Source of the DNA: Octopus bimaculoides
Lineage: Eukaryota
NCBI RefSeq assembly: GCF_001194135.2
Contig: NC_068984.1
Coordinates: 57,414,642-57,478,641, forward strand
Length of the DNA: 64,000 bases
Reading direction: 5' to 3'
Positions 11,801 to 24,323 of the stretch are shown here, piece after piece. Every line of letters starts with the position of its first letter. Positions within the stretch are counted from its first letter, which is position 1. A program made the translations under genes and the position numbers. Below the pieces are notes generated by a model. The model saw nothing but the letters and a program-made list of their open reading frames with translations, ran no database searches and had not been told where the DNA came from.

Positions 11801-13610
11801 TTTATGTTAATGTCATTTTTTGCTTCAGAACATAAATCAATAATGTAGGGAGAATTAAGGGATTTCTGAAAATACTGAAAATGCTTGGGGAACTAAAAAA
11901 TGCAGTACTTTCTATAATGATACCATGTTAACAGTTCTAATTCGTAAAGGCATTGATATTTCCTTGCAAGACATCTGCTTAGTAATTTGTGTTTTATATG
12001 AATACCAAAATATAATTCTGCAAAATCATATGAAAAGCAAGTGTATTTTCATATATTTAGGAGGAACTGGTACTAAATATCAGTGGGTATTGGATTTGAT
12101 AGGCAAAAATGACTCTGAAAATCTACCATTGTTAGAATTTTAGTGGCCTCATAATTATCTTTCTACTTAAGTGTTTAAAATAATTCCCAATAATAAATGA
12201 AACTCAAAAGAGTTCTTAATTAATTTTGTCTTAATGCAATTAGAAGAGACCATTTAAATTATAACATCATGTTATCTCTTGTGTGCTTGAGAGAGAGTGA
12301 GAGAGAATTATGGAAACAAATTTAATCATTATAAATTTCTATGATTTAAAAAGTTGTAGGGAGCACTGTTGAATTTGCAATTGTTCATTTAGCTGCCAAC
12401 AGAATCATTTTGTGGACTATTAAGAGGGTTAATCACTCATTGAGAAATACTACTAATTAACAAAAGCCAGGCAGTTGTCTCTACATTTATTTCTATGTTT
12501 TGAGAGAAGGTGATATGATGAGTATGCAAAGAATGTATTGCTAAATAGTCTTTGTTCTCAAGGAGATGTTATAGCACAGAGACTATTTGGTAACAGATTG
12601 CATGAAGGTAACCCTTAGATTCATTTCAAGGAATTTTTCTTATATAGAAAACAATTATTTAGAGATTTAGTGCTTTAGTTGTTAAGAGGGAGGCCAAGTG
12701 CACTCTAAGCTTATGAAATAGAATGCCTGACTTGTGAATTATGATAGAGGCAAAATATGAAATATATTTTCTAACCTGAGCAGAAGGTCTCAGTTTTGAA
12801 AGGTAGCTGTAGTCAATTATAACCACTTCAGTATTTGACTGGTATGGTGTATTGAATTCAGAACATTGAGAACTGTAACAAAGCACTGATGCTCTACTGA
12901 TTCTACTATGATCCACACTCGGCTTCCCATTTATTGGTCAAGTTGAAATTAGTCTTTTGACTCGGAACAGGACACTTAATTCTTTGTGCTGCATGTAGCC
13001 ACGTGTAAAGAATACCAAATCTACTAGAAACTTTATATATGCATTAGACTTGCATTTAATTAGAGAATAGATTAAAATTTTCAACTCCAATCTGAAAGGT
13101 ACTTCAGGGGAGAAATACTCAGCATTGTATGCTGTGGCAGCACTAGCATGGTGAGAATGGTCTAACATCAGGATCATTTGCACTACATACACAATAAAAG
13201 TATGGAGTTTTCAGCCGTTCCTCAATGACCAAATTGGGATATGGAGTTTATCAATATTGGATTGCAATTTAGACTTATAGTTTGTAGTAGATTTGGTATT
13301 CTTTACACGTGGCTACAGTACGTTCCATGTACTGAGTTTTTGGAATCTGTTATAGTTTCCACAGAGTTCTTCTGTATAATGCTGGCTCTTTATGTTTTCT
13401 CAAAGCATGTCACTTCAAGCATGCTCATCTAAGGACCTTCTTATTTCAAGACTGAAGCATCAACTAGCCTCTGTGTCTTCCAAGAAATTACCTTCTTTAA
13501 TGGAACATAAAACAAGATGTATTGAATTGCCTGATTAATTACCACAAAACCTCATTTGTATTCATTCTTTATAAGCATTTTAAGCATTTTGTACAAATAT
13601 GGATATCTAA

Positions 13611-13820
13611 CACTTTAGCATTCACATTATTTTGTTAAAAGTAATGCTTATTTATGCATATTATTTTGAATTAGCTTATAGTGTTGAGATTTTGATGAAG
13701 TAACTTAATTTTTACAATGATATTGTAGGGTTGATGTGAGAGGCCAGATGTCACCTCTCACATCAACGTAAAACAAGTAGAATACTTTGGCTGGATATGG
13801 CCAGTTTCAATGCTAAAGGG
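13611..13820. mobile_element. piggyBac-type MITE P1
   Basis: ctaa|cactttagcatt ... aatgctaaaggg|ttaa. The body is homologous to 124-343. Confidence 0.7.
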
Positions 13821-15088
13821 TTAAATCATGCACACATATCTCTCTCTCTCAAACACACACACACACACACACACAGATAGCCAATAGAACTAGTCTTAAT
13901 ATTTTACTGGTGTTTACATTGATCATCCTGAAAGTAAAAGCTTTGAATTTAAAAACAGGTTTTTAACTTTAAAATATAATAATGAAATTGAAAGGAATAC
14001 ACATTTCTTTAACAGTGAAAATGGTAATACAGAAGCTATATAAAGCAAAATACTGTCTGATTTGCAGCAGGAATTTAGAAGATATACAAGCAAATAGCAA
14101 CAATATTGCCAGAAAGGAAGAATATCCAGTTGTTTCTTTGAACGGGCTTAAGATTGAGGCGAGATTGAATCAAATAATCAAAACAAAAAAATAAGGACTT
14201 CATAGTGATTGATCAAAAATGAAAATGTCTCCTAGAATATTTTTTAAGAGCAGGTGCTTAACTTGAATCTTGTTGGGACACCAGTTTTTCTCGACATACT
14301 TGGATGCTTTAGTATATATTGTGTGGTACACTTAAGTAAATTGAGACATGCAGAACTGAGTGTACTGTTCCAAAATACGACAAAACCTCGAGAGGAATCT
14401 CCTAAGTTGTCATTTGGCTTGCTAGAAATAGCAGACAAACTTCCATTGTCTCATCTTACTGTTCTGAGAAAAAACTGAATGGGGATGGCTAGAATATCTT
14501 TGGTCATCAGACTGTTCAATCAAAGCTGATCTGAGACAAACAACACCACCAAGAAAGCCACTGAAGACTTTTCAGTAGATAATTCAATATGACGCCAAAT
14601 AAAAATATCAAGTCATTTTCATAAGTAGAGAAATAACTGTAATATACTGGAATTATATCAGTTGATTAAATTTATTTCCAATCATAAGCATTGTATTTGT
14701 ATAAATAAGATTACTGAAAACTAGTGAGTGATCTGGTTTCAATCCTTCAATCATGCTTTTTTTCATATGTGTACATAACACTGGTCCCAACTCATTCTGC
14801 TCAGAAAAATACTGAGGTTTATTACGTATTCCAAAGATTAAATATGATAATAAAAGTTGTGTATTTCATTGTGACATTGCAAAGTCAAAACATGGGCAAG
14901 TTCATTAATCAGTTCTGTTATAACTTGTTCCTTTCCTTGTACATTTATTTGCATAATACTTTAAAGATTTCTGGTGCATACTCTTCAAGAAGACTTAAAT
15001 ATTTGGGATGCTGTCAGATATGACAATCCAGTTTATCATTTCTAGACATCCCTTTTACCAAGTTGTCCATTTTGTATTTTAGTTTGCT

Positions 15089-15860
15089 ATTTTATGAATA
15101 TGGGGGTAAAGAAAATGACCCACCCTGCAAGCAGTGCAGAACAACTCTTTGCATCCCGAATCACACTTTGACTGGATGCCCTAAGGCACTGGGAGAAGGC
15201 TGATACAATTGCAGAAATAACCAAGTGGATTGATCTGCAAAGGGTAAAGGCTAATAAGCACCAACCACCACTACCAAAGGGTATCAAATTCCTAAAGAAA
15301 GTTGACAAAGCTCCCAAGGTGAGAGCAATGTCTATTTTGTATTCAGTTTCAGACTAGGAGATGCAAGTAAACATGAGGGGCAAACTTGCCTTTCCAGAGA
15401 AGATAGTGGTAACCTCACTTGCACCAGACATGTTCCTACTCCCCAGGAATACAAAAGCAATCATCGTGATCAAACTCACAATGCCCTGGGAGGACAGACT
15501 ATATTTCCCACTAGGTAAAGAAATCAGAATATCAACATTTAGTTGACAAGTCTTTTGTCAAGGGCTGGCATATGGCCTCATTCTCCATTGAAGTAGGCTA
15601 CTACAGCTTACCATCTAGATCAGTATGTTAGTTCCTGCAGAAGATAGGTCTAGAACTTAGACATTTGGAGAAAATTATTGAGGGAATAGGCACAGCAGCT
15701 GAAACTAACTCAAGATGGCTGTGGTTGATAAGAGACTGCAAGTGGATCCCTTCTGTTTTGTGAAGACTGGTCTAGTCTTTGCTGCCTCACTCAGGTGAAG
15801 TGTACAGGCTAAGGGGCAAAATGCTTATGACTTTGAGATACCTGCTGATGATACAAAAGA
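15089..15860 (+). mobile_element. 5'-truncated Hero-type (R2-group, restriction-like endonuclease) non-LTR retrotransposon
   Basis: CCHC knuckle CKQCRTTLCIPNHTLTGC (Cx2Cx8Hx4C), then TSLAPDMFL..KAIIVIKLTMPWE (PD..E motif with E>K), GW..FSIEVG, and RWLWLIR before the stop at 15761-63. Frameshifted. Confidence 0.85.
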
Positions 15861-16100
15861 GTTTCCTGCATTGCAATGGATTTAGAGGAGCTTGCAAAAC
15901 TTCTGAATAGCTCCTACAGTTTCTACATGGAGCAAAGCATCTCTGATGTTTATTTCACCTATTATTCTAGACATTCCTTTTTCCAAGTTATCCATTTTGT
16001 AATTTAGTTGGCTCTTTTGTGAATTCTATTTTTACTCCTCAAGTTTCTATTCCAGTTATAGACAGGTTTTCTAAAATATGTATTTCCTATTTTCTCACAG

Positions 16101-16104
<4 letters not shown>

Positions 16105-16168
<64 letters not shown>

Positions 16169-16178
16169 TATATATATA
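16105..16178. repeat. (TA)n microsatellite, representative of many (TA)n/(CA)n tracts in the window
   Basis: Read directly from the sequence. Confidence 0.95.
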
Positions 16179-18140
16179 ATAAAACAGAGAGATAACAAAT
16201 TATTTGGCTTGCTCACAGTTTTATATTTTTCCTGTATCATTGTTTAGACAAAGGACAATCCAGAGATAAGAAAAAAGTTTGAGATTCTTCTCTTTTTCTT
16301 CTTATCTATAATTTATGTCTGTTTACTAATTTTATAATCCCTTAATTTGTAAAACAGGTTTTCTCTTATTGTTATTATCATTCTTTTTGCATTTAACTGT
16401 TTTATAATCTTAGTTAAATTAAGAATCAAGTTTTTATTTTGACTCCACCCAAAAAGGAACAAGCTGAGCTCATAAATATCTTGTCTTAAAACTTATTAGA
16501 TTAGCTTCATTTTAGTTACTCAACAGTTATTTCATGTTTTCTGTTTGGGAGAAATTCAGTTTAAATCTTTTTAGAATCAATTCATCTGCTTATTTTGAGT
16601 AAGAAAAGGAAGAGTAGATTATTTTTTTCTTCTTTAAATATGAAGCTTTCCTTTCGTGACATGAATTTTAATGCAAATAGTCTCTTTCAAATAGATGTTA
16701 GTTCTATTACATTTTGCTTTGTCAAAAGATTTTTCACTGTGAAAATTGTCTCGCCTTTCTGTTCTGAAGCTTTGGTATTTAGCTATGTTGTTAGAATTTG
16801 TCTAGTTATGCTGCTGAGTTATGTCAGTCTATTGATTTTTTTTTAGGACCCTTTGCTGTTGCAATTAGCAGCTATTGTCAGTTTTCTTACAACATATGAA
16901 GGTTCAGTCATTAGCTATTTTATGATAAATCATGCATTGAAGTAAACCCTAAACATACAACACTGTTCTTGAATTTTGTGGAGGTGTTGGTAGTGGTGTG
17001 GTTGACTTGGGATTATATTCTGATGTTAGTCAATGGAATTGTCTATTAACTCAAACCAAAGATATATCATGTTACAGCACACAAACATATTAAAATGAAT
17101 AATTTAGTTTCATTTATTTAATTTCCAAATAGAGAAAACACCAGATATTAAAACTTAGTACTTTAGTAAAATTTGCTTTTTAATTAGTACATTTTTTCCC
17201 ACCAAAAATTTGTTAGGTAGTCTTTGCAAATGAGGAATTAGTTTCTTCTTTAACAGCATGATAAAGCAATATCTTTAAGAGTGCAATAACAAAAATAATT
17301 GATTTGTGTCAACGTGACGGATTCTCAACCTTGACATTGCAGAATGGTTTATCTCTTACTTTATTTAAAATAAGCTATCTATCATGCATATATGTACTTT
17401 CTGCATTCTCTTGGAAGTACAATGCTGTTTTTGCTTTTGTAATATTTCTATATGCATTTTTCATGCACATTTCTATGGATTTTAGATTTTCTAAAAACTG
17501 TTTTTATTTTAATTTATAAAAGACTTATTTTCAGTTTAAGTGTACTTTTGTCAGGAAGTATAGCACAGACATGTTAGAACGAATAACTTAATTAGCAAAC
17601 ACAAGATGAAAATGTCCTTAAATATCTTTAATGGTGTTTGTGTGTCCAAATATACTAGAACTAATTCTTTTTGACATATTTATGTAATCGTAACCCCATA
17701 ACTAAAAGGAGAATAGGAGAGAGAGAGAGAAATTATTTTAGGTGAGATGATGAGTGTAACATATAAGAGGAACAGATTTTACACATACATGCGCGAATTC
17801 ATTTTAACACCCAGTTCATAAAGTAGCCTCAGCCTATCATCAAGTATCACATGTAATAAGATGTAGACTAGATGTTATACTTTGCTATTATGTTGCTTTA
17901 AGGTTCTGAGTTCAAATCATTCTAGTGGTAATGAAATTTGCATATACCAAGTGTACCTTTGGTATATTTATTATAAAGAAAGGACTACTTGAAGGAGAAA
18001 TCTGTTCATTTCTCTTAATTATGAAATTAATTTGTAGAACGAACTCTTTTCTTCATTCATTCCTTTATTTATTTGTTACAATTGTAAGCATTTTTCAGTA
18101 TAATGTCCTTATCTATTTTTGTTCTTCTTATTCATTCCAG

Positions 18141-18279
18141 ATGTCAACCCCTCACCCTATAAAATCAAGGATTGCCGATCGCAGTGCTTTGACGAAACAA
18201 AAGAAAATTCTTGGACGATCACACAGTATGCCAGAAAACTTAAACAAAATACACAAACGACGCCGAATCCATCCTTCAG
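18141..18279 (+). CDS. ARHGEF4/SPATA13/ARHGEF9-like: Asef/collybistin-family RhoGEF, N-terminal coding exon (MSTPHPIKSRIADRSALTKQKKILGRSHSMPENLNKIHKRRRIHPS+g)
   Basis: Acceptor ttcattccag|ATG and donor tcag|gtaatt. The exon is 139 nt, ends in phase 1 and joins exon 32531 in frame (G+GA = Gly). The peptide resembles the recalled SPATA13 segment FSQSTPIGLDRVGRRR. Confidence 0.8.
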
Positions 18280-18406
18280 GTAATTACAAAATTAGGAATG
18301 TGTGAAATGAATATAATGGATTATGATAGAAGTAATTCAGCAATATTCTTATTGAGGGAAGCTGATATGAGTAGTTAGCACTGTTAACTTTAATGATATT
18401 GATACT

Positions 18407-20810
18407 CATCCTGTCTTGAATTCCTCTGTTATTGCCTAGAGGACTATGATGAATAAGAGGGGGCTGAGGACTGATCCTTGGTGGACCCTACCCGGAATTC
18501 TTCACTGTACTTGTTGCCAACCCTCACCTTACTGACAGCATCCCTGTACATGGCTTGCAGAGCTCTCACTAACCATTCATCTATCCTTAGTTTTCTCATT
18601 GACCACCAGATAAGGGATCGGGGGACCCTGTCAAAGGCTTTCTCCATGTCAATGAAAGCCAGGTGCGAGGTTTATCTTTGGCTAGGTATTTCTCCTGCAG
18701 CTGTCTTAACAGAAATATAACATCAGTGGTGCTTTTCTCTGGCATGAACCCAAACTGCATCTCATCTAAACTGACTCTCTCGCTAATTAGTTGGGCTATG
18801 ACCCTCTCCGTGACCTTCACTACCTGATTCAACAACTTGATACCTCTGTAATTATTTGTATCTAAAGCATCACCTTTACCTTTGTAGCAGTTGACTATGG
18901 TGCTGCTACACCAGTCATTGGGCATGACTCCTTCATGTATCATCTGGTTGACTATACGGGTGACTAGGCTATAGCCAACACCACCAGATATTTTGAGCAT
19001 CTCTGCAGTGATTCCTGAAGGGCCAGGGTCTTTCCCTGTCTTCATACCCTTAATTGCTTTATTTACCAAGGTACTGTCAATTCAGATAGCTGGTCCCTCT
19101 GTTGGGTCGGCATTCAGCAGACTCTCTTTCTCCCATTCATTCTCTTTATTTAGCAACCTTTCATAGTGGCATCTCCAAACCTCACTCTTTGCAGCCTCGT
19201 TTAGTGCAAGCAAACCATTGTCCATGCAGACACATTTATTTCCTACATCATGTTTCTCTCTCACATACTGTCTTGCAACACAAAATACCTCAAGTCTTTG
19301 GTTGTCACGGTGCAGAACATTGGCAACTTTTTTCTTATCTGCTTCCCCTCTGGCTAAATAAACCTGTCTCCTAGCTTCCCTTCTGGCAGTCTAATACAAT
19401 TCCCTGCTACCACAGTTCATCCAGTCCTTCCAAGCCTGTTTCTTTTCCCTGATGGCTCTGTCAACAACATTGTTCCACCACCACATTACCTTGGGTTGAG
19501 AGGGGACTTTGCACCATCCACAGATCTGGTCAGTGGCCCTCGGTAAGTTGTCTCGTAGAAACCTCCAGAAGGTGGTGAGCTGGCAGAAACGTTAGCACAC
19601 CGGGTGAAATGCTTAGCGGTATTTCATCTGCTGCCACGTTCTGAGTTCAAATTCCACCGAGGTCGACTTTGCCATTCATCCTTTCGGGGTCGATTAAATA
19701 AGTACCAGTTATGCACTGGGGTCGATATAATCGACTTAATCCGTTTGTCTGTCCTTGTTTGTGCCCTCTGTGTGTAGCCCCTTGTGGGCAGTAAAGAAAT
19801 AAGAACCCTCCAGTTGTCTTCCACATCATTTAATGCTATCTCCCCCTCTATTTCGTCAAAAGCTTCGAGTAATACATCTCAAAATCTCTGTCCATTCGTA
19901 GGATCTTTAAGCTTCCAGACCCTTCCCCTCCATGCTGGTCGTCTTCTGGGCATCCATTTAGCCCTGATCCTGAAGTCGCTAACTACTAGTCTATATTGTG
20001 GGGTACATTCTTCACCTGGGAAGGTTTTGGCATTTATAAGCAGCCATCTTTCCCTTTTCCTGGCAAGGATAGAGTCAATTTGGTTAGTGTGTCTACCAGA
20101 TCTGTAGGTGACTAGGTGACTGGCAGGTTTCCTGAGTTAGTATTGCAAACCATAATATCATTTGCATCACAGAACTCCAGCAGCCTGGTTCCCTCCTCAG
20201 TGTGGAAACCAAAACTATAGCCTCCATGGAAGCCCCCTGCATGTTGTCCAACATGTCCATTGAAGTCACCAGCCACAAAGAGAAGGTCCCTCTCATTTGT
20301 CAATGAGGTAGTCAGCAAGAGGGTGTTGTAAAATCGGTCTTTCTGTCCATCAGGTTGCCCTGGCTGAGGGGCATAGGCTGAGATAATGGTTGCTAACCCA
20401 TGATGTAACACTTATCTAATCTTAAGTATTCTCTCACAGACTCTCGATTACCTTATCAACCCATTTCTCCACAAGAAGTATGCCCACACCCCCGACCTTG
20501 TCAGTGTTCCCTGCCCATAAAATCTTGTACCTATGCTCTTTGCCTGTGAGGAACCTAGAGGAACCTCCTCTCCATCTTACTTCTTGGATACAACACAAAT
20601 CTACACGTCTCCGTTTAAGCATCTCAACAATCTCACCAGACCTACCTTTCAGTGTGCCAACCCTGAGGGTGTGGGAGGTGTGGGCCTGCGAGACCCTTGG
20701 ATGGGGGACAGCAGCGTTATGTACCTGAAAAGAAAACTCACATTTGGCAGAATTCATATACAAACAACAGCCTTCAATCTGCATCACTACACCATCATTT
20801 TTATGCACTA
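18407..20810 (-). mobile_element. RTE-clade LINE pseudogene (APE endonuclease + partial RT), missing its 3' end
   Basis: LRVGTLKG..DLCCIQEVRWRG, ISAYAPQ, VAGDFNGHVG, KDPGPSGITAEMLK, NYRGIKLL, QFGFMPEKSTTD, EKAFDRVP and QGSVLSPLLF. Homology stops before YADD. Multiple frameshifts. Confidence 0.95.
19569..19801 (+). mobile_element. SINE family A (tRNA-like head) nested in the RTE
   Basis: Head ggtggtgagctggcagaa..gagttcaaattcc. 12-bp TSD agaa(a/c)cctccag at 19557-68 and 19802-13. Removing it restores the RTE peptide DVEDNWRFLRD. Confidence 0.9.
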
Positions 20811-21474
20811 CATGATCACTACCTTACATAGGCGATAAACCCTAAGTAGAGTGGGGATGGCGTTAAGCCATAAGTGTTCATGGGAGACAACCAAAAGATG
20901 TCAGAGGATAGGGACTTCCAGTACAGGTGGTGGGGGTGGAAGGATAGGGACTTCTGGCACAGGTGGCAGNNNNNNNNNNNNNNNNNNNNNNNNNNNNNNN
21001 NNNNNNNNNNNNNNNNNNNNNNNNNNNNNNNNNNNNNNNNNNNNNNNNNNNNNNNNNNNNNNNNNNNNNNNNNNNNNNNNNNNNNNNNNNNNNNNNNNNN
21101 NNNNNNNNNNNNNTGGGTGTACTGTGAAATAGCAGAATTAGAGAAGAACATCGTCTGGATTTGTATTCTTTTGGCAGAGTTATTAAAATGAAGTAGCAGA
21201 ATCCGAGTGAGCTAGTTTAAATAGGGGGAAGCATTGGAGAAACAACTGGTTATTGCAACAGAGAGAGAGAGATAGAGAGGGACCAGGGTTAGGCTGGTCA
21301 AGGATAGAACACAAGGGAGAAAAATATCCTTTTGGGATTTTAGGTAACATTATTTAATGAAACAGCAAATGCTGATAACAGTGAAATAGAATTGAAAACT
21401 CTTAGAATTTTTAGTCAGCCAATCTGTGACAAAATTAGAGAAATAAGTGATGATGTGACAAAATTGAATAAATG

Positions 21475-21513
<39 letters not shown>

Positions 21514-21849
21514 CACACACACACACTCACCTATATATACGCACACACATAATATACACTCACACACACACACGCACACATACATACATATATAATGATT
21601 GCAATGAGTTATCGTTTCTCTTGAAGTCTTCCAATTTCAATAGCTGCTGCAAGAAGAAAAATGGTCTGCAGAGTGGGTAAATTAGATGGCCAACTTTCAA
21701 AGGAGGTAAAACTGGACATAATGGTTTGTGCATAGACTGTAGGATTGGAACCAGAACATATATATATATATAACAAGACAAAGAGAGACATTTGTGTTGA
21801 GAATACTTTAAATGAAGGTGGTAAAAGACTAACCAGCTTTAAGGAGCAA

Positions 21850-23900
21850 AGGCCATTGTAGTAGAATGAGAGAAATTGTATGTCTATGGGCTTAGGGTTG
21901 GAGTGTGTTGGCTAGAGATTTCTTGTCAATTATTTGAGTAGTTTTTCTTTGGATGTTGTTTAGAGTGCCTGTGTATAGCAGCAAAGCCATCTCAGATGGA
22001 GAGGATGGGTGGGTGTCAGACAGTCCTATATTGTGGCTATGACTTGAATTTTGTTGTGTATTAGTAGATGTTGTGAGTTGAAGTGTTTTCTGGCTCTGTC
22101 AGTTTTTGTGATACTGTATTTCCTAAACTGAATGCATTCACCAGGAGAGTTCCTAAGTAATGGCATTTGTTCTTTATACTCACTACAAGCATATTTGCTG
22201 GTATCTGGAAGGGTTAATCAATTATGCACACTTTAGATGGTATCTCAGGATGAGACTCTGACTGTATATTGTGTGCCAAATGTTCTGATATGTTGTATGA
22301 AGTAACAGAAAACATTTTTTAAAATCTATCTACTTTGATTTGCTCTCTTATATTGGTTTTGAATTTTTTATTCTGTGCATATGATCTTTGTAATGAGCAA
22401 TATAAATCTGTTTAAAGGTAAGCCAATGTTTGTTTGTAACTTGGAGTCGGAATTACTGTAGTAACAACAATATATTTGCATTATGTATACTGGCTGTGTT
22501 TGGTGCTGTTGAATGAGACATGGAGGATATTCTCAAGAAAAATAAAGTAGTACAAGCCTGATGTAACATCTAGACTATGGGAGATGATGACTGTGGTGGT
22601 AAGGTTATTGAGGATTGAAGGTATCTATCAAGAAGTATGTATTTGATTAGGAGTAACGGTTAATGTAGAGAATGAATATGTGTGCAACATACTTGAACCC
22701 TGAAGTATACAAGAGTTTATAGATTGTGTACCAATCATTATGTTGGAGCATTCTAACAGGAATTTTCTTATTCAAAAGAGGAGTTTAGTTGAACTCTTGA
22801 CTAGGCAACATTGCTAGGATGTTTTTGTATCAAATGCATTGTCAAAGATTCTGTTGATATCAAGAAACTGTTGGGGTGTGATTTAGGATAGACGTTTGGT
22901 AGATATAGCTCTGTGGAAACTGTACAGGTAGTTAGTCACAGATGAATGGAGGAGACCTTAGATAATACAGAAGGTGGTAGTTTATGACTGCTTCCATTAT
23001 CTCTGTGGTGTTGGTAATGAAAATGATAGGCTAGTAATTGGTAAATTACATTAATGGGAATGAAGCATACAGCCATGTGTTCTAAATGAGAGTAGACACT
23101 TACAGAGAAAGGAGACTGTTGAAGAGTTAAGCAAGGTTAGAGGCCACTTCAGTAGAACACTGTTCATTAGAAAATGTAAGTGAACTTATTCAATTCCAAT
23201 AACAGAAACAGTATTTGCTAGATAGCAAGCCTTTGATAAACTTTATATTCAACATGTTTATTTAAACAGCTAGAATGATGATTAACAAAAGTTGAACCTA
23301 TGTTATTTCACTATATGTCCTATATATGTCCAGTCTGTAAAACTATGTTGGCTTGAACAACACAAAAATAGTAGAATCAACAACTAAGAATGTGGTTGAT
23401 GAAGTAAACAGTAGCATCTGAGAAAACTAAAGATGCCTTGCATCAGGCGATAATGAGTATAAGCAGTTCTAAAGTGGAATAAAATTGGTTTTCCTTAAGG
23501 TAGAGGTAGATTCTTGAAATTTCAGAAAGGACCATTTTGTAATGTAGCAAAAGTAATCCAGCTGAGGCCATTCTGTCTTTTTTGGATGCATGTAGGACTA
23601 CATTAGATAATGTGTCCTTTCCTTGTTTAAGACTGGCTGTGATTTAAGAGAGATGTGACTGCTATTTCTAGTAGGGTAAACAACCACATAAATGCCTTTT
23701 ATTTGGCTGTTGTTGAAGATAAAATAACTGGACTTTTGGCTGGTAGGATTTTGGTTCAAATCTTACTGGAGATTTTAAGATGAGAAATACTGCTCAGTTT
23801 AGTAAAACTGAGCAATTGAGAGTGCAGCAGTGGGGTAAGAAACCCATCAGACATTTAGGCTGGGTAGACCGCCATTCGATAAGCTCAGCAGAGTTGTCAG
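21850..23900 (-). mobile_element. Highly decayed CR1/Jockey-like LINE (RT remnants)
   Basis: - strand fragments IMEAVINYHLL, LDIN.IFD.AFD and NSCILQGSSML, in the order expected for an RT. Boundaries approximate. Confidence 0.5.
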
Positions 23901-24323
23901 CCTCACAAGTAATTATCGATAAAAATAATTAGGAGAAAACAGTTATTATATGGCAGAATGCAGGAGAAATAACTATGATTAGTCATGTTGAAAACATTAA
24001 AAGAAGAGATGGGCAGACTGAATAGGGGAATGCTATTATCAGATAGCCTATATTGATTAGGGATAGCAGTGTTCCAAGGAAACAGTGCAATGGGAGGGGG
24101 TTCTACTTTTTCAGATAATATTGGTCTACTTTTGAAAAAAATATCAACAAAAAGTACTGTTCAAATTTTTCATTTTGCTGAAAATATCAACAAAAAGTAC
24201 TGTTCAAATTTCATGAAGTTATAAGATTTATTTCTGACAGGTATTTGAGGAATATTTGTTTAATTTATAGTAGGAGAAAACATTTTTTTCCTCAAGAAAC
24301 TTTGTTTATAATTTACTTTTTAT

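Noticed and set aside
14000-14580. Possible decayed RTE-like 3' ORF fragment
   Set aside because: Similarity by eye was too weak to support a call; it needs a profile search.
23791-23814. Perfect 10-bp hairpin tgctcagttt-agta-aaactgagca
   Set aside because: Too short for a pre-miRNA, lies in decayed LINE sequence, and is plausible by chance.
24138-24211. 31-bp exact direct repeat with a 43-nt period (also a short tandem copy at about 45160-45200)
   Set aside because: Only two units with no array or spacer diversity. Ordinary local duplication, not CRISPR-like.
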